Notes under the pieces: model-generated
Database searches by the model: none
What the model was told of the DNA's origin: nothing
The model's input: only the letters and a program-made list of their open reading frames with translations
Shown: positions 30,864-38,031 of the stretch, piece after piece
How the letters are laid out: every line of letters starts with the position of its first letter
How positions within the stretch are numbered: position 1 is the stretch's first letter
Origin: a bacterium
GTDB lineage: Bacteria > Chloroflexota > Dormibacteria > Aeolococcales > Bog-877
Direction: 5' to 3'
Assembly (NCBI GenBank): GCA_021785655.1
Contig: JAJYET010000007.1
Coordinates: 8,267-72,266 of the forward strand
Length of the DNA: 64,000 bases
Program-made: the position numbers and the translations under genes

Positions 30864-31874
30864 TCAGACCTCGATGTTGGAGATGCGCTGCATGATGTAG
30901 TAGGCGACGGCGATAGAGCAGGCGCAGACGATGAGGATGTACGGCCCCGGGCCCTTGAAGGTGAGCAGGGGGGCGATGTACTGGGGGTTGATGGCCTGCA
31001 GGACCAGCGCCAGGCCGATCGGCAGCCCGGTGATGATGTAGCTGGAGGCCCTCGCCTGAGCGGTCAGGGTCCGGATCTCGCCCTTGATGCGGATCCGTTC
31101 CCGAATGGTGAAGGCGATGTTGTCCAGGATCTCGGCGAGGTTCCCGCCGACGACCCGCTGGATCTGGACCGCGGTGACCACGAGGTCCAGGTCCTCGGAG
31201 CGGATCCGGGTGACCATGTGGGAGAGCGCCTCGTCGGTGTTGACCCCCAGCTGGATCTCCCGGTTGGCCCGGGAGAACTCCTCGGCCACGGGTGGGTTGG
31301 CCGAACGCGCCACGCTGGCCATCGCCTGGGGGAAGCTGTACCCGGCCTTCAGGGCGTTGCTGAGCAGCACCAGGACGTCACCCAGCTGATCGTTGAAGCG
31401 GCGGGAGCGCCGGCGCTCCCGAAAGCGAAGGACCAGGGGTGGGATGAAGACCCCCACCACCGCCAGGATGGCGGCGAAGATGAGGTTGCGGTAGACGGCC
31501 AGCCCGATCAGGGCCAGGAGCCCCACCGAGCCCACCCGGATCAGGTACCACTCCGCGGGGCGGAGCTTGAGGTCGGCACGCCCCAGCGCCTCGGAGATGG
31601 CCGCCGAGCGCCCGCGCTGGCTGGCCAGCACCTGGGCCCCGGTGCGCCCGCCGCCCCTGAGCCGGCCGAGCAGGCGGGTGATAGGTCCTTGGGCGCCGGA
31701 CTCCCCGTCCTCCGGAACGCTGATCACCAGCCCCGCCCCCGCCTCCGCGAATCGGCGGACGCGCTCGTCCAGGTCGGCCTCGCGGCTCTTGGTGCGGGCC
31801 AGCCCCACGGCGGCGATGGCGGCGAAGACCGCCAGCGCCCCCAGGGCGTCAAAGAAGATGGGCAGGGCGCTCAT
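30864..31874 (-). CDS. tadB: Tad pilus inner-membrane platform protein TadB (T2SS-F family)
   Basis: 336 aa with T2SSF-like core LGDVLVLLSNALKAGYSFPQAM. ATGA overlap with the cpaF stop. Confidence 0.8.
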   Translation of the reverse strand: MSALPIFFDALGALAVFAAIAAVGLARTKSREADLDERVRRFAEAGAGLVISVPEDGESGAQGPITRLLGRLRGGGRTGAQVLASQRGRSAAISEALGRADLKLRPAEWYLIRVGSVGLLALIGLAVYRNLIFAAILAVVGVFIPPLVLRFRERRRSRRFNDQLGDVLVLLSNALKAGYSFPQAMASVARSANPPVAEEFSRANREIQLGVNTDEALSHMVTRIRSEDLDLVVTAVQIQRVVGGNLAEILDNIAFTIRERIRIKGEIRTLTAQARASSYIITGLPIGLALVLQAINPQYIAPLLTFKGPGPYILIVCACSIAVAYYIMQRISNIEV

Positions 31875-33409
31875 GCGGCGCTGTCCGCGGCTGAGGGCTG
31901 GGGGTCGTGGAAGATCGCGGGGTCCACCGGCTCGCCCATCGCCTTGAGGTCGGGGAGGGACTTGGGCTCGGCGACGGCGTGGAAGCCGCCGATCACCCGG
32001 CCGTCGTCGTCCAGCCCCTCCTGCTGGTACACGAAGATGTCCTGGAGCAGCACCTTCTCCCCGTCGAAACCCTGGACCTCCGAGATGGCCACCACGCGCC
32101 GGCTGCCGTCCCGGAGCCTGGCCTGCTGGACGATGATGTTGATCGCCGCGGCGATCTGCTCGCGGATGGCCCGCGAGGGAAGGTCGGCGCCGGCCATGAG
32201 CACCATGGTCTCGAGCCGGGAGAGGGTGTCCTGGGGGCTGTTGGAGTGGACGGTGGTGAGCGAGCCGTCGTGACCGGTGTTCATGGCCTGGAGCATGTCC
32301 AGCGCCTCACCGCCCCGGCACTCCCCCACCACGATCCGGTCGGGGCGCATCCGGAGGGAGTTGATCACCAGCTCCCGGATCCCGATCCGCCCCCGGCCCT
32401 CGATGTTGGCCGGCCGGGACTCAAGGGTCACCACGTGGTCCTGGTGGAGCTGTAGCTCGGCGGAGTCCTCGATGGTCACGATCCGCTCGTCGTCGGGGAT
32501 CCAGCCCGAGAGCACGTTCAAGGTCGTCGTCTTTCCTGACCCGGTGCCCCCAGCCACCACCAGGTTCTGGCGGCCGCGGACGCAGGCCCTGAGGAACGTG
32601 GCCATCTCCTGGGTCAGGGTCCCGAACTCGACCAGGTTGTCGATGGTGAAGGGGTCCTTGCTGAAGCGCCGGATGGTGAGGGTGGGGCCCTTGAGGGCCA
32701 ACGGGGGGATGATCACGTTCACCCGGGAGCCGTCCCGGAGGCGGGCGTCCACCATGGGGGAGCTCTCGTCCACTCTCCGTCCGACCGAGCTGACGATCCT
32801 GTCGATGATCTGCATGAGGTGGTCGTTGGAGTCGAAGTGGGCGGGGTAGCGGTGGATCCGCCCCTGGCGCTCCACATAGATCTGGTCGGGGCCGTTGACC
32901 ATGATCTCGGTGATGTCGGGGTTCTTGAGCAGCAGCTCCAGCGGCCCCAGGCCCAGGATGTCGTTGACGATCTGCTCCACCAGCCGCTGCCGGTCGTTGC
33001 GGGTGATGGAGATACTCAGGTCCTCCAGCACCGCCCCGGTGAGCTCCCCGATCTTGGCGACCAGGGTGTCGCGGGGAGCCTTGGAGACGTCGGAGTACTC
33101 CTCCAGGAGAGCCTGCGTCACCTGGGACTTGATGACCGAGTACTGGGGGTGGGTGGTGTGGCGCTGCTCTTGCTGGCGCGCACTCTCCGCCCGCTCCCGC
33201 CAGCCGGGCCCTGCCGCCGGGGCGGCCGCCTTGGCGGCCGGGCTCGGGGCCGCGGCCTGACGCTGCGCCTCCTGCTTCTCCGCGGCCTCGGTGACCGCGC
33301 CGGCCAACCTGGAGCCCTGGGGCGCCGGCGGAGAGGCGGGGCCGGCGGCCGGGGCTCCGGTCTCGGCCTCCGTCTCGCCCTGGTTGCGGACCCGCTCAAG
33401 CAGTGACAT
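31871..33409 (-). CDS. cpaF: Tad pilus secretion ATPase CpaF/TadA (long form)
   Basis: 512 aa with an Ala/Pro-rich N-terminal extension, Walker A GGTGSGKTT, RPDRIVVGECRGGEA and NTGHDGSLTTVH. Confidence 0.9.
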   Translation of the reverse strand: MSLLERVRNQGETEAETGAPAAGPASPPAPQGSRLAGAVTEAAEKQEAQRQAAAPSPAAKAAAPAAGPGWRERAESARQQEQRHTTHPQYSVIKSQVTQALLEEYSDVSKAPRDTLVAKIGELTGAVLEDLSISITRNDRQRLVEQIVNDILGLGPLELLLKNPDITEIMVNGPDQIYVERQGRIHRYPAHFDSNDHLMQIIDRIVSSVGRRVDESSPMVDARLRDGSRVNVIIPPLALKGPTLTIRRFSKDPFTIDNLVEFGTLTQEMATFLRACVRGRQNLVVAGGTGSGKTTTLNVLSGWIPDDERIVTIEDSAELQLHQDHVVTLESRPANIEGRGRIGIRELVINSLRMRPDRIVVGECRGGEALDMLQAMNTGHDGSLTTVHSNSPQDTLSRLETMVLMAGADLPSRAIREQIAAAINIIVQQARLRDGSRRVVAISEVQGFDGEKVLLQDIFVYQQEGLDDDGRVIGGFHAVAEPKSLPDLKAMGEPVDPAIFHDPQPSAADSAA

Positions 33410-33432
33410 CTGGGACGTACTCCTCGGCTACT

Positions 33433-34659
33433 CTAGCGCCGCAGGCTGAACCGGTGGCCGGCCTGGGGCTTGGACTCCAGCTTGATCTCCGACGCTGGCT
33501 CGGCGGCCGGATCCAGGCTCCGGGCCAGGGCCTTGAAGAGCGAGGTCAGCTCGGCGTCCGGGTTGCCCACCACGACAGGGACCGCCCGGTGGATGGAGCC
33601 CCCCACCAGCCGCGGCTCCGAGGGCAGCTGCACCCGGACCGGGAATTTTAGGTTGCGCTCGATGCTGGGGGAGTCGTAGACGGCGTGGGCATCGTGCCCA
33701 TTGATCACCACCACGATCCGGTCGCGCTCCACCCGGAGCGACTCCAGGGTCTTCAGCATGAGGCGGGTGTCCTTAATGGCGGGGATGGTGAGCTGGCCGA
33801 CGACGACGATCCGGTCGGCGGCGTCAACCACTTCCAGGGCAGCTTCCGACAGCTGGCTCGCCGTGTCGACCACGACCCAGTCAAACTCTCGTCGCAATAT
33901 GTCAACGAGGGAGCGCACGTGCTCGGCCCGCACCAGGTCCCCGTACTCGGGGCTGAAGGGGCCAAGAAGCACCCGCAACCCCAGGGGGCCGTCCGCCAGC
34001 ACGTCGTCCACGAACTCCCAATCGGGCTGGGACTCGCCGTCCACCAGCTCGGTGATGGTCTTGGCGTGGTCCAGGTTGAGCATGACGCCGACATCCCCGA
34101 ACTGCAGGTCCAGGTCGACCAGGCACACCCTGGTTGAGGTCTCGGCCCGGAGCGCCAGCGCCAGGTTGACGGCCACGACGCTCTTGCCGCTGCCCCCCTT
34201 GCCGCTCAGCACCGTCACCAGCCTGCCCCGGGAGGGTGGCTGCTCCGCCTCGGCCCCGGCTGCCGCCTTGGGAAGGTAGGCGCCCTTCTTGGACTCCAGC
34301 TCGTAGACCCGGCGGATGCTGGCCACCAGCTCGTCCCCGGTGAAGGGCTTGATGAGGAACTCCCGGGCCCCGGACTGCATCGCCCGGCGGAGGTAGTCGC
34401 GCTCCCCCTGGACCGACATGATCACCACCGGGCACTGGGGCAGCTCCACCGCCAGCTGCTCGGTGGCGCTGATCCCGTCCATGCCCGGCATGTTGACGTC
34501 CATCAGCACCACGTGCGGCTGGAGCCGGCGGATCACCTCGAGCCCTTCCTTGCCGTCCCCGGCGTCGCCGACCACCTCGATGTCCTCCTCGAAGGAGAGG
34601 AGCTTCTTGAGGTTCTCCCGGGTGGAGGGGATGTCGTCCACCACCACCACCCGGATCAC
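33433..34659 (-). CDS. cpaE: Response-regulator receiver domain fused to a CpaE/TadZ-type MinD/ParA ATPase
   Basis: The REC domain has acidic pocket VVVDD, phospho-acceptor context VVLMDVNMPGMDG, and LIKPF lysine. It is followed by the deviant Walker A SGKGGSGKS of the MinD/ParA fold. Confidence 0.85.
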   Translation of the reverse strand: MIRVVVVDDIPSTRENLKKLLSFEEDIEVVGDAGDGKEGLEVIRRLQPHVVLMDVNMPGMDGISATEQLAVELPQCPVVIMSVQGERDYLRRAMQSGAREFLIKPFTGDELVASIRRVYELESKKGAYLPKAAAGAEAEQPPSRGRLVTVLSGKGGSGKSVVAVNLALALRAETSTRVCLVDLDLQFGDVGVMLNLDHAKTITELVDGESQPDWEFVDDVLADGPLGLRVLLGPFSPEYGDLVRAEHVRSLVDILRREFDWVVVDTASQLSEAALEVVDAADRIVVVGQLTIPAIKDTRLMLKTLESLRVERDRIVVVINGHDAHAVYDSPSIERNLKFPVRVQLPSEPRLVGGSIHRAVPVVVGNPDAELTSLFKALARSLDPAAEPASEIKLESKPQAGHRFSLRR

Positions 34660-34714
34660 GCCGGCACCCCGAGCTTGAGGCGACCCACCGGACTTCCTTC
34701 CCTTGACCCTCCGC

Positions 34715-35869
34715 TCAACCGATGTTGATGCCGAAGAGACTCTGCAGCATCTGCGGGCTGCCCTGGCTCACCGAGCTGCTGGACGCCGAGCCCGCCGCGG
34801 TGGCACCGCAGTAGAGCACGGATCGGTCCGACTGCACCAGGTTCTGGGACTGGATCAGCGCGAACTGATCCTGGGCCAGGGTTGCGGCATCGGCCAGCAC
34901 CAGCTGCTTGGCGGTCGTCTCGTTGGGGCTGCCCGAGGGCAGCGACTGCAGGGTGGTGTTGTCCTTGTTGTACTGCTTCTGGGCCTCGGAGTAGGTCTTG
35001 CTGGCCGCGGTCACGGCCTGCTGGGCCTGCTGCAGGTCCTCCTCGATGATGGGGTTCACCGAGGTTCCCGGGGTGCAGGCCTGGGAGTAGTTGTCGGCCG
35101 GGGAGATGGTGGTGGGGATGTAGCCGTGGCCGTAGTCGGCGGCCGAGCGCAGCGCCACGGTGTAGATGGCCCCGCCCTTCTCCAGCTCCTCGATCCCCAG
35201 CGCCTGGCTGCGGGTCACCTGGAGCACCACCAGCCCACCGCCGGCGGAGGAAGCCGCCTGACCGGTGGTCGAGGGGCTGCCGATGCCCAGAACCAAGAGG
35301 TCCTGGTAGGTGAAGCCGACATTGCCGTTGGAGCCGGTGGAGATGAAGTCGATCCGGTCACCCGCCTGGAGATAACCCGCCACCGCCTGCTGCGAGGTGA
35401 GCGGGATGGCGATGGCCACGTCCCCGGGCGGAAGGTTGAGGCTGCCGAACGACGGCGTCTGGGTGACCTTGTTGGGCGACACCAGGGTGCCGGTGATCAC
35501 GGTGTTGGCGGCGATCGGAACCACGGCGTAGTAGTCCAGGGTGGTGGAGGTGGTCGCCGGCTGGCTCACCTGGACCCCGGAGCTCTCGGAGCAGGCGGCG
35601 CCCACCAGCCTCTGACAGGAGGTGTAGGCGTTGGCCGGGAGCAGCCCCTTGATCCGGGTCAGCTCCAGCATCCCCGGGGTGATGAGGGTCCCGCTGGGGA
35701 TGGACACCCTCGCCACCACGACCAGGGTCCCGTTGGCCGGGATCGCCGGCTTGGGGGGGGTGGCGCTGGCGCGGGTGAAGTAGTAAGCGAGCCCGAAGGC
35801 GGCGATAGCGCAGATCAGCCCGACGGCGATCCAGACCTGATTGACCCGTCCTTTCAAATCGGTCGACAC
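34715..35869 (-). CDS. cpaB: Flp pilus assembly protein CpaB/RcpC-like, with a Gln-rich C-terminal extension of about 120 aa
   Basis: N-terminal TM anchor, then a SAF-like segment VVVARVSIPSGTLITPGMLE and an RcpC-like beta domain. GTG start with GGAGG about 10 nt upstream. Confidence 0.7.
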   Translation of the reverse strand: MSTDLKGRVNQVWIAVGLICAIAAFGLAYYFTRASATPPKPAIPANGTLVVVARVSIPSGTLITPGMLELTRIKGLLPANAYTSCQRLVGAACSESSGVQVSQPATTSTTLDYYAVVPIAANTVITGTLVSPNKVTQTPSFGSLNLPPGDVAIAIPLTSQQAVAGYLQAGDRIDFISTGSNGNVGFTYQDLLVLGIGSPSTTGQAASSAGGGLVVLQVTRSQALGIEELEKGGAIYTVALRSAADYGHGYIPTTISPADNYSQACTPGTSVNPIIEEDLQQAQQAVTAASKTYSEAQKQYNKDNTTLQSLPSGSPNETTAKQLVLADAATLAQDQFALIQSQNLVQSDRSVLYCGATAAGSASSSSVSQGSPQMLQSLFGINIG

Positions 35870-35919
35870 CGTGGATAACCTCCGAGATAAGACGCCGGCG
35901 GGGCCGGCAGGGGGAAGCG

Positions 35920-35948
35920 GGCGCGCGGCGGCCCGGCCGCCGCGCGCC
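35920..35948 (-). terminator. 13-bp perfect GC hairpin (3-nt loop) between flp and cpaB; candidate attenuator or intrinsic terminator without a U tract
   Basis: GGCGCGCGGCGGC-CCG-GCCGCCGCGCGCC, read directly. It begins 16 nt downstream of the flp stop and about 50 nt upstream of the cpaB start. Confidence 0.5.
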
Positions 35949-35963
35949 TCTGGGACCTAAGGG

Positions 35964-36164
35964 TTACTGAAGCCCGTTCTGGATGTTGTTGAAGACGTCG
36001 CTGACCCGGTGACCGACGATGGCCAGGACAACGATCACGACGATGGCGATGAGTACCAGAATCAGGGCGTACTCGACCATACCCTGCCCCTCTTCCTCCG
36101 CGTCACGGCCAGTCAGCGCCTCGGTGAGGCGGCTGCGCAGCCGCAGGTACCAAGAACTCAGCAT
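35964..36164 (-). CDS. flp: Flp-family type IVb pilin precursor
   Basis: This is the last 66 codons of track ORF 35964..37277. ATG 36164 has GGAGG upstream. The sequence MLSSWYLRLRSRLTEALTGRDAEEEG/QGMVEYALILVLIAIVVIVVLAIVG carries the Flp G/xxxxEY processing motif and a hydrophobic core. The mature peptide is about 40 aa. Confidence 0.85.
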   Translation of the reverse strand: MLSSWYLRLRSRLTEALTGRDAEEEGQGMVEYALILVLIAIVVIVVLAIVGHRVSDVFNNIQNGLQ

Positions 36165-36316
36165 ACCTTTCCGATTCCTCCAGTTCCGATCTCCCTTCCG
36201 GGGTTGCAACGCCCCGGGCCTAGCTACGGCAGGGCGCAGTATAGGATGGAACCCACTGCCAGCCGTGTCACCAGCCAGTAACGGTGCCGTGAACCCGGGT
36301 CGCTTCGTTGCCCGGG

Positions 36317-37483
36317 TCAGCCGGCCTGCCCCTGGATCAGCTGCTGCAGGGCCCGGAGGTAGGTGGAGCCGTAGTGCAGACTGGGCTGGAAGTAGGTGTT
36401 CTCCTCGAACTCGTTCCAGCTGATCCCAAACCACCCCTGGGGGTGGCTCTGAGAGTTCACGCCCCAAACCTTGTCCAGGGTCTGGACCCCGTCCCGGGGC
36501 ACGCAGGAGCCGCCCACCAGCTGCTTGTCGTACCCGGGGATGAAGGGCGCGAACCAGCTCTTGCCGCTGCTGTGCACCTCGGCCCCCAGGGTCTGGATGT
36601 CGGTGGTGGCGTTGGAGTTGGTCCAGGGGTTCTCGGAGGACCAGTAGTAGGAGGTCGCGTCGAGGTAGGGGGCATCCCGAGCCCAGCTGCCGGCGGTCTC
36701 GTCGCCGATGAGGTACTCCCTTCCTCCCTCGGAGTTCCAGATGGCGGCCACGGTGGTGACTGGGTACTTGCGGCTGTCCATGATCATCACCATCGGCCGT
36801 GAGCTGAAGGAGTTGCGGAAGGCGGGATTGCCGCGGTAGGTGCGGTAGAAGTAGGAGAGGTCGGCGATGATCTCCGCCGCCGGGCGGTGGTAGTCCCCGA
36901 AGGCCGACATCGCCAGGGCCAGGCGGAAGGGGTGCTGGGGATGGGCGGCGTCGTAGGTGTCCACCGCCCTCACAAGCAGCTGAAGACGCAGGTTGTACCC
37001 CGAGGAGTCGGTGGTCTGGGTCGGGCTGCCGGTGCCCTGCCAGCTGGCCAGGAACCCCGTGACCCCGGCGGCCGCCGCCTGCTCGATCTGGGGCAGGTAG
37101 ACCTGGGCCTGATTCTGGTTGTAGAGCCCGACCTGAGGCACGTCCACGATGGTGGACCCGGAGTACCTGGGCACCGGGTTGCAGCCCGCGGAATTGGTGG
37201 CGCCCGGAGTGACTGGCGGTCGGGCCGCGTAGGGGTAGTCCGGTCCCAGCTTGGACTGCCAGTGTCCAGGGGTCCACCAGAGGTAGTAGTAGAGGTACAC
37301 CGGCGGCGCCGAACCCGATGGGGCGGCAGCTGGAGAGGTACCCTCGGGGCTCGGGGTGGGGCGCACGTGGGGGTGGGGCGCGCCCCGCGCCCCCGCCTCC
37401 CTCAGGGCCACCAGCGTGGCGACCGCCAGCACCGAGACAGCGAGCAGGGCCACCGCGGTCACGAGCAGCCGCAGCCGCATCAC
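36317..37483 (-). CDS. Signal-anchored glycoside hydrolase, GH99-like (putative endo-alpha-mannosidase-type) domain
   Basis: 388 aa with an N-terminal TM/signal. Motifs YLYYYLWWTPGHW, GFLASWQG, FAPFIPGYD and GISWNEFEENT. The last parallels the SFNEWHEGT catalytic-glutamate segment I recall for GH99. The assignment is from memory and not searched. Confidence 0.45.
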   Translation of the reverse strand: MMRLRLLVTAVALLAVSVLAVATLVALREAGARGAPHPHVRPTPSPEGTSPAAAPSGSAPPVYLYYYLWWTPGHWQSKLGPDYPYAARPPVTPGATNSAGCNPVPRYSGSTIVDVPQVGLYNQNQAQVYLPQIEQAAAAGVTGFLASWQGTGSPTQTTDSSGYNLRLQLLVRAVDTYDAAHPQHPFRLALAMSAFGDYHRPAAEIIADLSYFYRTYRGNPAFRNSFSSRPMVMIMDSRKYPVTTVAAIWNSEGGREYLIGDETAGSWARDAPYLDATSYYWSSENPWTNSNATTDIQTLGAEVHSSGKSWFAPFIPGYDKQLVGGSCVPRDGVQTLDKVWGVNSQSHPQGWFGISWNEFEENTYFQPSLHYGSTYLRALQQLIQGQAG

Positions 37484-37794
37484 CTCGGGCCCGACGCCGA
37501 CCCGTCGGCCAGGGTCTCCCGGCGCCGAGTGCTTAACCTCGGGTTAAGGTTCCCATAGCACCCTCTTATCCCCGGAGCGGGCAGACTCGGTTCATGCGGG
37601 CTGAGGTCCACCAGCCGCCGGGACGTCGCGGACCCTGCAGTTTTCAGGGCGAGCGGTGACGAACCCATCACGCGATCGTCGCCTCTCCGTGGCCCCAGAA
37701 CGGCCGCGGAGGGTGCACCCTGGTGCCGTCCGGGGATCCACCGCACCAGGTGGCGGCCCGGGCCCGGGTTTCCGCCTGCAGTAGGAGGGCGACA

Positions 37795-38013
37795 GTGAAG
37801 CTTCGCAGACACTGGATGAACCGGGCAGGGACAACTGCCTGCCCGCGCTGCGGCAGTGCGGCGCCGGACGGATTGGTACTCGACGCGGGTGGCTCGGCCG
37901 CGTGCCTCGCCTGTTCGATCCTGAAGGTAATGGGGCACCAGGAGATGAGCCTCACGCCAGCTTCCGGCCACCGCCGGGGCCTGGCCCCCGTGGGGAGCGG
38001 TCTCTCCCGCTGA
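37795..38013 (+). CDS. Possible small zinc-ribbon protein (72 aa)
   Basis: GTG 37795 is preceded by AGGAGG (37783-37788) with a 6-nt spacer. The product VKLRRHWMNRAGTTACPRCGSAAPDGLVLDAGGSAACLAC carries a CxxC-N18-CxxC pair. GC3 is lower than in neighbours, so coding status is uncertain. Confidence 0.3.
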   Translation: MKLRRHWMNRAGTTACPRCGSAAPDGLVLDAGGSAACLACSILKVMGHQEMSLTPASGHRRGLAPVGSGLSR

Positions 38014-38031
38014 CCCCACTTTGAGGGGCGG

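Noticed and set aside
36244-36262. TGGCAG-N4-TTCC upstream of flp, resembling a sigma-54 -24/-12 promoter.
   Set aside because: The GC of the -12 element is missing at the required spacing. The apparent lineage (high-GC monoderm) generally lacks sigma-54.
37532-37548. AT-rich inverted repeat CTTAACC-TCG-GGTTAAG about 50 nt upstream of the GH99-like gene.
   Set aside because: It stands out in GC-rich DNA, but a 7-bp stem is statistically expected many times in the window, so it is not reported as a feature without further support.
37480-38019. 179-aa minus-strand ORF spanning the 550-nt gap.
   Set aside because: The product is Arg/Pro/Gly-rich and low in complexity, with no SD. It overlaps the better-supported plus-strand mini-ORF that has a canonical AGGAGG.
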